Below are positions 39,838-53,393 of a stretch of 64,000 bases of DNA, one piece after another (position 1 is the first letter of the stretch; the number at the start of each line of letters is the position of its first letter). The position numbers were made by a program, and so were the translations under genes. The stretch is taken from assembly GCA_012295275.1 (NCBI GenBank), contig CM022671.1, positions 13,888,001-13,952,000 on the forward strand, given 5' to 3'. Source of the DNA: Chrysomallon squamiferum (Eukaryota; Animalia; Mollusca). Below the pieces are notes generated by a model. That model saw only the letters and a program-made list of their open reading frames with translations. It was not told the DNA's origin and made no database searches.

Positions 39838-42800
39838 GTATATATGCTGTTGCTGTAATTATGTTTCAAAAGTCGAAATACTAATTATATAAAAAATCTC
39901 AAATTTTTAAATATCTGCTACGTTGTCGTAACAAATACAATCGAAATGAAGATTGAAAAAAGAAAGATATTAGACATTAAAGGAACAAAAACAAATTTAA
40001 AAAGCAAAGCCCTACAGAATTCATTTTTGCACGAGAAATTTCAGTTATGAACAAAACGTGTCCATGAATTTGTGTTCAGATGTTTTTACAGTAGTCACAA
40101 GATTACCCATTTGTACGTGCTACAAAATTATTTGAAATATTTAACATGAAACGTCGTTTGAACTACTAAGCAAATTTTCATTTCGTCAGACGATCCACCA
40201 CTACCGCCTAATATAGACACCAATCCAGTGTTCCGGTTCGTGCAAGAACAACCACGAAGACGTGTTCTTGTTCTCGACAATTCTGGTAGTATGACTGTGA
40301 GTATCATATCATTCTGATGTCACAATTGCTAGCAGTTTCAGTAATTTAACAAAAAGTATTTATGATACTCTATACTGTTTTACGTACTATATTCTATATT
40401 TTTAATGATAACATAATACATACACAATTATTATTTATTTTATTTTTCATTATTTATTTATTTGTTTGCAGGGTAGTTCATTAAAAATACTGAAGCAGGC
40501 AGCTACAAACTATATTCAGAATACTGTTGAAATTGGTAGTTGGCTCGGAATAGTCGCCTTCAACACTGACGCCGTCGTCCTTGCCCCACTGACTAAGATC
40601 AAGACAAAGGCGGATAAGAAAGCACTGGCCGCCAAAATGCCTTTACTTGCTGAGGGCAAAACAAGTATTGGTGCGGGATTACAGAAAGGTCTGAATGTAA
40701 GTGGGAGGGGCTTCGATTTTCTCTTCAACACGTTTTATCGAATTTTGTATACACTGAGCCAGTTTGGTACACTGGATGAATCTATATTACGTAACCAACT
40801 GAGCTAATGTGGATAATCTATGAGCACAACATTTAATTAAGTCAACTTACTTAAACTAAGAACCACATTTTTTCTTCTAAATTTGTATAAATTATGTATA
40901 AATATTGGAACAATTTGTATAAATTATAAATCCTAACAGAAACACAATCATATGGGAATATTACAAGGACTATATAATATATTAATAATCTTTGTTCTAC
41001 TTCTACTTCTTCTTCTTCTTCTTCTTATTACTCTTATCATCATCATCATCATCATTATTATCGTGGTTGACATCGTGGCTGTTGTTATAATTGTTATCAG
41101 GTTCTGCTCAGTTCTAAAGGTGGAGGAGTAGGGGGGACTCTCATTCTGATCACTGACGGGAAGGAAAACAAGTCGCCGTGGATTAAGGATATTCGTAACG
41201 AGATCTTGAAACGAGGAATCTTGGTCCACGCAGTGGCGTACAGCCAAGAAGCCGAGGCGGCCATCTCACTGCTCGCAGCTGACACTCAAGGCAAAACTTA
41301 CTTCGCTAACGATCAGACAAACTCAACTTCACTCTCTGATGGTTTGGTTGCGACCATTTCTGATCACGCATCGGTGGATTCAATGGATACCCCGGTTTCA
41401 GTAAGTTTTTTTTGTTTTTTTTTGTTCGATGTGATTTATACATAAGTACATATCATGACATAAATATAACGTTATATATACGTGTTTGATATTGGGTTCA
41501 AATTATGCGACTGCAATAGATAATTCTATTATAGACAGTTTGAATTCTCGCAGTGTCAGTCGTAATCATAATATATTTGGCCTAACTCAATTTATTGCCT
41601 AATCCACTTGTGTACTCATACCCTCCAAAATTGACATTTTTAATTTAAAATTCTGCCTGATCCCTAGTTTTGCTGCATTTACTTTGTTAATCTGTTCCAT
41701 ATTTTATCTGAATTCATCAGGTTTCCAGTGACTCAGTCTTAGTAACATTCATGCGTCCTGCGACTGGTTCTTTTTACATCGATTCCACAATAGGTCGGGA
41801 AACCACTGTGGCCTTCACTTATACTGAGCCTATCTTCGTTACGTTGCATACCTCAGATTTCTCGTTGTCTAACAAAACTCATCCAGCCATATACAGCGAC
41901 GACAGACTATCATATATCTTGACCATAACAATACCAGAAATAGCCCAGGTAAGCCCAGTTTAATTTATACATTTAGGATTGTTTGTATGTTTTCTTAACC
42001 TCATTGATATGGTTACAGTTAATAATGTTACCTTAGATTTTGATCCGATAAGTAAGATTCTTTAATATCCTCTATCCAAGTGACATAACAAAAACAGTGC
42101 TATATTATCGGTACATACCACGCAGAATAATAAACAGAAGGTTATAAATGTGTTATAATGATTTTTAATGATTATAATTATATTGATGTATATGGAATTA
42201 AAAACGATGGCACTACGTCTAAGTAGACTGTCCAGTCTACAGTTAGCTCTGTTTTAAAATTAACACTTTCTTTAATTAACCAAAACATACTGCTATTTTG
42301 AAATTGAATAACTTATTCAATTATAGAAAGGTCAGTGGATTTATCGCATAACAACAAATGCCATGGACTCCAGCGTCACTGTGCACGTACAATCAAAACA
42401 GACCGACGCCGACACCAACGCCATCCTGTTCAACTCTTGGATTTCTAAAGATCTAATCAAGTACGAGGCCAAAGGAAAATTTGAAATCTTCGCCGAGGTG
42501 ACTAGAGGCCGAGCGCCTGTCCTAGACGCAGAGGTCATCTCTATGCTGGAAAGACCAGGATCGGTGCCAAAGAAAATATACATGAAAGATGACGGATCAG
42601 GTATAAGATCGTACTCAAGAAATCTTGTCATGAAATGTTACGTTTCTCATTTAACAAATACACAGAAACGTGTAAAAACCGATCCCTCAATAAATTGCAA
42701 TTTCCCCAATACGAACTATTTCCATTATCCAGTGATTTATCAGGAAAAGGATTTTATTTATTTATTTATTTTTTACATGGTCGCTTTTGAGAAGTTTCGT

Positions 42801-44757
42801 TTTACACGTTAAAGTAGGCTTATCCTATATTAGGATAAAAGCTATAGCTTGTACCTTGATAGTAGGAGCTGTTTGCTCAGAATAAAGCTTATAAATAAAC
42901 TTTATTTAACAAAATTATATTTAAGTTATGTTATTTTACGTTTTCTTATTTTAGGTTCTGATATTATCAAAGGAGACGGTATTTATTCCTCATATATAAT
43001 GGCGCCCGACCTAAGTCAAAATGGCCGCTATAATGTCAAGGTTATGGTTAAGGGAAAGCATGACGTCAGTAAGGTGGTCACAGGACAGAGATTCAGTGGA
43101 GCTTTAGAAACTGGAGAATCGGGTAAATAAACAGAATATTGTATTAACGGCGCACCAAGGATTTCATCATCATAATAACATTATATAGATGGCACAGAAA
43201 ATGAAATACATTAAACATAAAATATAGATCAACAAGGAATAAGCCAGAATGTTTTAAATCCACCTATGATATTATAAAATAGGTTGTTTTGTTAATAAAC
43301 GTTAAATTGACAGCTTTTGTCAGCTTGAAAACATAAATACAGTATTACAAAGGTAAGCATATGTATTATTAATGGTACCTCTTATTATCTTAAACATTAA
43401 ATTTATTTTCTTTTTCAGACTGTCAAAATTGTTTTAATTATAATTATTTTATTTTATTTATTTGAATAATAAAATTTTGTTATAATTCAGGAATACAGAA
43501 GATTTTTATTACTTCGTATTTGTTGTTAAATAAATAAATAATTTCCTCTTTTCAATACAGTTTTTATTGATCAACTCAGAAATCCCGAAACAGAAGCCAT
43601 TGAAGACTTCCAGCGAGTGACATCTGCAGGTGACTTCCGGGTATACGACTTTCCAGAAAGCACTGAAAACATAACAGACGAAATTCCGCCAGCCAGAATC
43701 AATGACCTTGAACTTGTATCACTAGACCAAGACACTGGCATTGTGATAATCGAGTGGACATCTGTTGGGGATGATATGGATCGGGGTAAAGGTCAGTAAC
43801 ACCCAACCCCCCAAAACCCCTCTCCAAATAAAAAAACAACAAAAAAAAGAAGCAAAAAAAAACAAAAAAAACAACAACAAAAAACCCCACAACAAAACAA
43901 CAAAAGCAAAAAAAACAAAACAATAACAACAAAAAAACACACGACAATAACGACATTGTAACAAGATACGGAAACTTTATCTCGGATTTCTATTATATCA
44001 TATCGTGTATTCTTCTTTTCCTTTGAAGTTCCATAATTATTGTTTTCGCCACTGCCACTACGTCTAGCACCATAAGTATTAAAACTACAAGTACTGACTC
44101 CACCGCTGCCACATCACCAACACTACCACTATCACCTGCTGATATTATTGTTGTTCTTCAATCGTTCATACATTTTTGATATTTTGTATTGTACATATAT
44201 GTATTTACTTTTCAGCTGATATGTATTACCTTCACTTGTCAGACAGTTTTCACGAACTACTTGAAAAACGAGATTCCAATGACAGCCTTACAAGTGTTAA
44301 ACTAGCGAACGGTTCATTTCTTCAACCAAAGCCATCTGGAGAGAGGGAACGCCTGGAATTCAACCTCACGTTTCTACTTCACGATAAAACCCTCTACCTG
44401 TCAGTGCGTACTGCCGACGCCACTGGAAATATTGCAGAACCATCTAACATCGTTACACTGTCGTACGTCGACGACGTTGCAGTTCCCGTGGAGAAGGCGA
44501 CTCATGCTAGCAGTATGTATCGCAGTTTTGTTCTACCTACTGTGATTTCTTTCGTTCTTCTACTCGTTCTCATCACGATACTGTGTTTGCTGATAGCTCA
44601 TCGAAGGAATGAGATGCAGTGGAAAGACAAACTGGTTCCAAAAGACGAGCATCCTAAGAACATCGCCGGGAACAAAAACATGAACTACAGAGTCGAAGGG
44701 CAGTACGTACTGCGATGGCACGAGGAACCAAATTCGTGGTACTCGACGCCATTATAG
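30399..44757 (+). CDS. CLCA: Calcium-activated chloride channel regulator (CLCA family): zinc metalloprotease/VWA protein, membrane-anchored, about 976 aa
   Basis: 13 phase-consistent exons: 30399-30545, 34319-34610, 36037-36151 ([14 protein letters not shown] zinc motif), 38852-39014 ([11 protein letters not shown]), 39552-39690 ([24 protein letters not shown]), 40190-40296 ([15 protein letters not shown]), 40472-40696 (TSIGAGL), 41101-41400 (ILITDGKEN), 41721-41948 (FYIDSTIG), 42327-42600, 42955-43122 (DGIYS; SGAL resembling the CLCA self-cleavage region), 43561-43791 ([20 protein letters not shown]), 44216-44757 (SNIV, TM helix, TAG). Total 2931 nt. Confidence 0.95.
31968..32020 (+). mobile_element. 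Possible tRNA-derived SINE head (degenerate)
   Basis: A-box-like TAGCTGAATGG followed by B-box-like GTTCAAATACC. No intact cloverleaf. Confidence 0.3.
37100..37400. repeat. Degenerate short-unit array (GGACATAA(A)CCC-like), probably a DNA-transposon/MITE subterminal repeat
   Basis: Recurring GGACAAAACCCAC, GGACATAACCC, GAACATAACCCC and GGACATAAACCCAC units in CLCA intron 3. Confidence 0.5.
39743..39833. repeat. (CT)n microsatellite, about 90 bp
   Basis: Visible directly. Many other (TAA)n, (CA)n, (GATA)n and (TACA)n tracts occur, for example near 8200, 14160, 22535, 24325, 30660, 34080 and 45980. Confidence 0.95.
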
Positions 44758-45582
44758 TCGTGGAACCATGGTAACGTTCGATATAACCTAATTAGATACC
44801 CTTTTAACTGGAAGATGACGGTGTTACATCACAAGGACGAAATGAAATCACCATAGGGATGAACAACTAACTATGTTGTCATATCTGTTAAGGGTAATCT
44901 CTGATTTTTGTTATATAATACGTTTTCATTTTAAATCTTTTAATAGGATTCAAGTGTTTTACGAGGTGCGTTTCTTGTTTTATTTAAGGTCTGTTTAGAA
45001 TTCATCTGGCGGTACCGCATAAAATAAAATTCTGTATATCCCAAGCTTTTCTTTTATTATTCTTGGCCATATATCATCGCTCAATATAAAGTATGGCAAT
45101 AAAATATTACTACTACAAATATCATTTTGTACCTTTCACCACTGAAAGTTGCTATTTTATTTTTCTGAAGAAACTAGAGTGCAAATAGTTCAGTCCATAT
45201 AGAAATGGTCGCATTCACATATTTTAAAACTGTACTTTCTATTGTTGTTATACTTAATTATTAATTAGACTGAACAATAAAACCATATAGAATATAATTC
45301 GGATGTTTATAGAACATATTTAGAATGTTTTCTTGTCTCTCGAAAGATACACTTTTAAAGAAAAATTATCACCTGACTGATGGTGACGAGATATTCACCT
45401 CATATAGAAATAGTAACAAGCAGTTTTTAGCTAATTCCTTCCAAAGAAGAATTTTAAAATATTTGTGACCTCTTAAAATTATTTTATATCTATATATTTT
45501 ATATAAAATAATAAATAGCTAATAAATGGAAATTTTGTTATTATATGTTGTAATTCGTTCGTTCTCAATGCTATAGATGTTG

Positions 45583-45735
45583 TAGCCCGTGAAGATTTCA
45601 AGTGTGGCCCGCCAAACACGTTACATTGTGTAAGTGGGGATACCTTTTAATTAAATGTGTAGCAGAATGAAAATGGTGCGGCTCCTTTATCTACAGATAT
45701 TGCGGCCCACAAGTACTTTCAGTTTGACGCCTGAT
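45583..45735. mobile_element. Possible hAT/Charlie-like MITE remnant
   Basis: Repeated T(G/C)GGCCC/GCGGCCC motifs ending in AGTTTGACGCCTG, typical of Charlie-type termini. Confidence 0.35.
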
Positions 45736-46002
45736 GTAGCTGACGTGATTTCTTTAGAGGAATGAAAATACAATTCCTCGAAAAAAAATAAAAATAGCAA
45801 TGAAAAACTGCTTTCTAACAAAAGTTTCAGCACGCAAAAATTTGTTTTTCACTCTCCTGGGACTTACAGGATGTCAACTATTGCTTTATATAATACAGTT
45901 ATATGTAGATAAAAATGAACACACAAATAGACAAATAAATAAATCAACATATGAAAGAAAGAAAGAATGAATAAATAACTGCTACTACTACTACTACTAC
46001 TA

Positions 46003-46051
<49 letters not shown>

Positions 46052-46138
46052 TTTATTATTGAACACAACAGTTAATACAAATGTTAAATATTATGACCAA
46101 CAGGTGAATGTTTAAACATATATAGACTTACCTGTTTA

Positions 46139-46176
<38 letters not shown>

Positions 46177-46276
46177 TTCCACGGATATTTATATAAATTA
46201 TTTATTAAAATAAATATAAATTCTATCGTTGGCCAACTGAATGAAAACATTGTATTACTTACTATTCATTCAATAC

Positions 46277-46857
46277 GAACACACGCGCACAGGCCGGTAT
46301 AGCAACCCCAAAACACACACCCTCAGTCCCAAATCACTCCAGCCCGAACACACGCCCAGGCCAGCCTAACTCAATTACACATCTCTGAGACACTCCCTAG
46401 CACAGTCCAAATTAAAACACGTCAGCCGAAAACCAGCCCCGGCCAGCCTAAATCACTCCCTCGGTCAGTCCATTTTAAACCCCTTTAGCCGCGCATACGC
46501 CCGGACCAGTCTATGTCACTACCCTCATCATCAAATCACTCCAACGGTCAATCCAAATTAACTGACTTCAGCCGAACACACGCCCAGGCCAGCCCTAGAT
46601 CACTCCCACATCTCCAAAACACTCCCATGGACAGACCAAATTAACTGACTTCAGCCGAACACCCGCACCGGTCAGTCCACTTTACACCCCTTCAGCCGAA
46701 AACACGCCCGGACGAGTCTATTTCACTACCCTCATCACCAAAAAAGTCAATCGATCAGTCCAATTTAAACCCCTTCAGCAGAACGACGCCTGGACCAGTC
46801 TATTTCACTACCCTCATCACCAAATTACTCCCTCGATCAGTCCAAATTAACTGTCTT
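46277..46857. repeat. C-rich degenerate composite minisatellite
   Basis: About 8 diverged units built from CAGCCGAACACACGCCC(A/G)G(G/A)CCAG, TCACTACCCTCATCACCAAA and CAGTCCAAATTAAC modules. Confidence 0.85.
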
Positions 46858-47354
46858 CTCTGTGTATGTGTGTGTGTGTGTGCGTGCGCGCGCGTGCATC
46901 ATTAATATTATTATCTCATGTAATGTCGATTTGCGCTATAATAGGTGTTTTCAGTTATTGTCTTCCAATTAATTTGTTTTATTAATTAGTTTACACTAAC
47001 TTTAAATGTATTCTTGTTCCATTCATAGAGGGACGAACAAGTGTAACTAGGATAGTATCATGCATTTGTTGGCTGTCGATTAATTGCATGTTTTAGACAG
47101 TTTGTTGTTCATATATTACAATACTGAAGTTTTATTTTATGATAACGGATCATATATAATACTTGTAAATGTAATAGTACAGGAGTACTTTTAGTGCAGA
47201 CAGCACCCATTAAACTGGCATGATTATTGCTACCAAAACAAACACAATTTAACTCTATTTTATTATTTATTTATTTATTTACTTTGTTGATGTTGTTGTT
47301 CTTGTAAACCGAGTAATTTTCAGCTCCATGGATTTGCTCATAAAAGGGGTGCCT

Positions 47355-47752
47355 ATGTATTACTTTCACTTGTCAAACAATTACCAGTGACAGCCTTTCA
47401 CATATTAAACTAGAGGACGGTTCATTTCTTCAACCAAAGCCATCTGCAGAGAGGGAACGCCTGGGTTCAACCTCACGTCTTCGCTTCACGATAAAACAAT
47501 CTACCTGTCCGAGCCAACTACCGAGAATAAAAATATGAACAACAGAATCAAAGGGCAGTATGTATTGCGATGGTTCGAGGAACCAAACACGTGACATCAG
47601 GCGCCATTACTTTCGATACAACATCTTTAGAGAACCTTTTAGTTGTGAGATGACAATGTACAAGATAAAATGACTAAAGAGTTGAATAATTATGACGTCA
47701 TATCTGATAAGGGCAATCTCTGGTTTTATTATATAATACATAATCATTTCAA
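47355..47752 (+). pseudogene. Decayed partial duplicate of the CLCA terminal exon and proximal 3'UTR
   Basis: Collinear similarity to 44221-44415 (e.g. CGGTTCATTTCTTCAACCAAAGCCATCTG, GAGAGGGAACGCCTGG, CTTCACGATAAAAC), then to about 44668-44930. It has a frameshift and internal deletions. Confidence 0.9.
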
Positions 47753-48399
47753 CTTTGGTTTTATTTATTCTTGTTCAACTGAAATAAAGACGGCGGACCG
47801 TTCACGTCAGTTCTTTCAAACAAATAGATCTCAGTTTGAATAAACAGATTAAACTTATTCTTCTTTCCTGCTGATCGTTTATTGTTTTAAAGCCTGCATT
47901 GTAGGTCAGTATTGTAAAGTTAGGAAGTTTAGGGATTTAATACAGAAGTACATTCGGAGTTACCCGAGGCTTGAAATGGTAGTCGTAGATATTATTCTTA
48001 TTGTTTATCATTACGAGAACATAGAACCTGCATTCCCAACACGATACGAAGTCAGATTCATGAAGTTCTTTTAACAGTAAAAGTGAATTTCGGAATATTT
48101 CCAGAAACAGGAAATCGGGACTTCAGTTTAGTCAGCGAAATCAGTTTGAAGCTAAAATCTAATCAAAGGAAACAACTGCATTTGTAATTATCCTAGCAGG
48201 ACTGATAGAGTTACTCCCCTTGATCCATTTGTAAGGCGTTTTTCGTATACTGTTAAATCAGAGAATATATATATTTAAGAAATTACTGAAAATGAGAACG
48301 GAGAAGGTGCTGAACATAATATTCATATTCCAAGTACATGCATGAAATATTGAAAATATTTTAACAGCAAGGAGAAAGTTCAAAAGCCAAAGTAGCAGT

Positions 48400-49375
48400 T
48401 AAGAAATTGAAATATGATTAGAGAAAGGGTCAACTAAACAGATTACTTCTGTCTTGGCATGGTTAGATGAACAAGCCATTGACATATATGATAGATTTTC
48501 TTTTGGACAAAATGAAGATGCAAAGAAAATTGTGCTAAGAAAGTTTGAGCAGTTTTGCATTGGCAAAGCCAATGAAAAATATGAAATATTTCTCTTCAAC
48601 AAAAGGAAGCAAGAAGAGGTTGAGACAATCCATGCATACGTAACTTCACTGTGAAAACTCATCGAAGCACATAATTGTAAAACATATGAGGACAATATGT
48701 TCAGAGACAGAACAGTACTTTGTGTGGGAGATGTCTCAGTTTGTCCGAAATTCTCGGAGGATAGAAAACTGACACTGTCATTGAGCATAAAATGAGGAGA
48801 TGGTTGGCATGCCAGGTGGGCAGAAAACTAGATCTCACCAAGATGTTAATGGGTGACTCACGATTTAGTAGAAAATGGATTTCTAGGTGCAATTTCCAAC
48901 ATGGCGGATAATTAATGTTTTCTTGGGAGAACCAAAGTTTGTTTAAAGAGGGGCAAAGGTGCAGACATAACTGTCATCCCAGAGATCAAAGCTACAGGAA
49001 GAAAATGCTGTAACATATGACATCTCTGCCACAAGACAGATACCCGCAGCCTCTGTAGATTAAAATTAAAAAAACCTGAATTGCCTGCAGACTAAGACTG
49101 ATTCATTCAGTGACCACACCAACAGACTGGTAGTGGTGCCTAAAGAAAAGAAACAGTCCACTTATTTATGCAACAGTGTCAAGCAAGAACACAATCCTCT
49201 TCCTTCCATGGACAATCTGCTGGCAGAGTTTGCAGGAGCAAGAGTATTTACTAAACTGGGCTGTGATAGTGGTTTCCACCAAATGACATTAGATGAAGAG
49301 CTGACAACAATTATTACTCCATTTGGGCAATTTTGTTACAAAAGGCAGCCTTTTTGGAATTTCTTCAGGTGCTGA
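48400..49375 (+). mobile_element. Degenerate Ty3/gypsy LTR retrotransposon internal fragment (gag, protease and RT pieces)
   Basis: Gag-like AIDIYDRF..KFEQFC..NEKYEIFLFNKRKQEEVETIHAYVTSL, protease-like GADITVIP near 48958, and RT-like HNPLPSMDNLLAEFAGARVFTKLGCDSGFHQMTL..TTIITPFGQFCYKRQPF. Stops, frameshifts and deletions are present. Confidence 0.85.
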
Positions 49376-50838
49376 GCTCCTTCTGTAATAGTTGTTGTCT
49401 AACAGCTGATATATCCATAGATGTACAAATTTCTACTAAAACTGTTTTGTATCTTTTCAGTTAGGTTCTTCCATTATGTTTAAGCAGTTTTAAAATGAAA
49501 AAGAAAAGAAAAGAGTATGAAAATAATAATAATAATATTAATATTAATAAAATATTAAAAAAAACTATTACAAATAATAAAAATAATAATAATAAATAAA
49601 AAGGAGACAAAAGAAAAAGAGAAGAAAACAAAACAAACAAAATTATTATTATTATTATTTTACAGTAATACCAAAATAAAAATGTGCTATGATAAATGTT
49701 TTTATTTGTTTCTCTATCAGTTTATTTTATTTTATTTTATTTATTTTTCTTTCTATTATTATTATTTCTTTCTTTCTTTCGTTTTCTTTCTGGTTTCTGT
49801 TGACATTTCGGCTGATGTTTCTACATTTAATACAGGCCTAATACTGTTTAAATTTAATAATTATATTTAATGACACAAAAGAGCTTGCTATTGAATATAT
49901 GGCGAGTGAGTGATTAAAGAGTGATAGACTACCAACAATAATTAATATACACATAAATACATATCCACACAGAAAAACAAAAACCAACAAGAAGAAAAGA
50001 AGAAATAAAAATAGGAAGAAATAATAATAATAAAAAACAAGAAGAAGAAATAATTAGCAAAAAGAACACACACAATTTTCTCAGGGTTATATCTTATAAT
50101 TGTCTTTTTCTCCATTTTTTTTTGGTGTGTGTGATGTGTAAAAATTGAATGAATTAAAATTATTTTTAAAACTATAGTCTTGCTTTTAGCTTAGTTAAAA
50201 ATTAATTGTTGTTTTTACTACTAACAATATTAAAATTTTGTAAAAATTAAAGGAAATAAAAACGATTTTTAAAATCAGTTTGTTTGTATAACTATTTTCT
50301 CTAACCAATTATTGTATGAATATTAAAAAAAAATTTGTTGTTTCTTTTTACTAATTTCTTAAAACAATAAAGGAAAAAAAGATTTGCAAAACCAAACAGT
50401 TTCATATGACTTTGAATACTAACATTTGTTATGTGTCCTTCTACTACTGAAATTGTTTTTCAAAAGATTATTAATTATTCCTTGCCATAATAATACTATT
50501 ATTGTCAAATGTCCCTATAATTAAATGTAGCAATAGTAATGTAAAATGGTTAACATGGAATAGATCATACTTGATCCTGTGTGACTGTTCACCTTAGGCA
50601 CTGAACATTAACTAAATTATGAAATACATTTAATATTCATTTTACCAAAATCTGATCATAAAAAGTATGAATGTAATGAAGTAGAAAAAAAAAAGAATGA
50701 TTTGTAAACCAGAACAATAATAAAGACTAAATATAAATGTTTTCATAATACAAGCTGTGGTTCAGATACGACTGGTGAAAGTGTTGATACAAACAGGGAT
50801 GATATTGATACAACTGGTGATATTTTTAAAACTAGTGA

Positions 50839-53345
50839 TTATGTTGATACAACTGATGATACTGATTCAACAGATGGTGCAGGTATAACTGGAGATACAA
50901 TTAGTGGTTTGGTTTCTTCACTTGGTAAAACAGCAGGTTTGAAATCATCAGTGTAATGATACTGTGAACTTAGGTCAAGGTTGACATAGGTGTTGACAAT
51001 GTCACATCGTTGTGGTCCAGTTTTCTGCTTCACATCCTTGATAACAATTTCCATTTCATTAGAAAGTTCTGAAAATGTTGGTCGGTCGGAACCTGAACCC
51101 CTCCAACACTGATGCATGACTGCATAGCTGTAAGTAACAGAAAATTAATGTACTAAAACAGAAAAACAACTAATTCATATTTGGCAAATTGATATATATG
51201 TAAAAACCGCAAGAACACAGGTCTCATTTAGTCCTGTGTTTTCACTGACTGTCTATTGTTTACCAGTATCTATCTGCTATTGTTGTTATTATTATATGAC
51301 TTAAAATAATAATGTTAGAAACCCCTTTGCTGTTTGCTTTATTATGGTAGAAGTGTAACTTCAAATTACTGAACACAACAGGGTGATGGTAAATATATTT
51401 ACTATTGAAAAGTTGTCAAGGATAATCAGGACAGTAACTGAAATGATTTAGAAGTATACTATACTGACAGCTTATTTAATATATCTAAGTATACTAATAC
51501 ATAATCAATATTATATTTATAGTTATTTCAATGTATCTGAGTATACTAATATACTATCCATATATTATTTATAGTTATTTTAATACATTTGTACCTTACA
51601 AGTGCACCAACTTAGAATTTTCCAAGTTGTGAGCAGTTGCCTGGTTGTTTTTTGCTTTGAGTTTGGAACCAAAATCTGAGTTACAAGCAAGCTAGCTGCT
51701 GTAATGAACAACACAATATCTGCCCAGCATTTTGCCAAATTTCTTTTTTCTAACCATAAATCCTAAGAAAGTGAGTGCAAAGCAGAGTGCTGATAAGAAG
51801 AAGTGGATGATGTGCATTGAATTAAAGCTTGAATTCATAGAAAAACATGAGCAAGGTGTGCGTGTTTTCAACTTGGCTAGGCAGTACAATATGTACCATA
51901 CTGAAGCAGAAGGAGTCAAAAAAGGCTACAACTCCAGCCATGGGTATTAAAATAATTTGTCTGATCTCCAAGATAAATACACTTTACAAAACCAATTTAT
52001 TTCTTTACATTCTCTTTTATTTTTGTTTTTATACAATATTTGTCTTTCACAAATACATTTTTCTTATTTAAAAACACATTATCCAAAATTGGGGCGATTT
52101 TTGCAGGGCTGGAACATATTAATGGTATTTCAATTAATTTCAGTTGGATAATTTGATTTGATACACAAGAAAATTGAGTTATGAGCTCATTCACAGAAAG
52201 AATTAAACTTGTTAGTCAAGGTACCACTGTGTATCTAAGTATACTCATACACCATCCATACTTTATTTATAATTAATTTATATATCAGAGAATATTCACA
52301 GAGAATCTGAACTACATTTGTGGCTAAATGAACCTATCACTGTATACTCACAGAGCATCTGGACAATACTGTGGCTGAGGCATTCTGCGGCCTGCTTTCA
52401 GATAGCGAATCATGTCCCAGTTGTCAACATCTGGATAGGGATTTACTCCACGAGTCATCAACTCCCACAAAACAACTCCAAACGACCACTAAAATAGTCA
52501 TAAGATTGACTTTTGCACTTTTCATATTTTATATTATACATTAATGCATGATGAATGAAATTTATAAATCTTTATTTGATGTTAATGAGTTCACTGTCCT
52601 TTTGGTGTTGTAACTAAATTATTGTTTAATTTGTTGTGTATTAACAAACACATATCTACAACATCTGGCTATGATGTGTATATATATATAATATAATATT
52701 TATCATATCAGACCTGTAACTAAAATATTGTTTTATTTGTAATACGTTAATAAACTTTTATTTTCCCCTATCTGGTTTTGATATATGGGTATAATAATAA
52801 ACACATTTCTACAAAATCTGATTTTGATGTGTATGTAAAATAATAAAAGTATATTTACTTTTCAGACCTAGAATCCATTTAATTATTTAATTATTTAATC
52901 TGTAATATATTAATACATTTTTATTTACCACATCAGACTTTGATGTGTATGTCCCTTTCTCTAAACTTTCAAGTGCCATCCATTTCACGGGAAGTTTGGT
53001 TTTCTTGTTGTCTGAGCTGTAATATTCCTTCTCATAAATGTCTCGAGCTAGTCCAAAATCAGCTACTTTCACACAGAAATCATCATCCAGCCTGTGGAAA
53101 AACAATAATACAGTTTGTAATATACCAGAATTCAGAAATAAATATAAACATAGTTATAAATATATACATTATATAGTGTTACAACAAAGAAATTAATATG
53201 TCAACACCTTATAATGTTGTGTATAAATAAAGAATTATTACTGTTCATAATACACACTAACACAATTTGATTTAAAATATTTTAAGAAATTAATACAAAT
53301 TATATAAAAGCCAAATTTCAAATCATCGTAAAAATAAAAATATTC

Positions 53346-53393
<48 letters not shown>

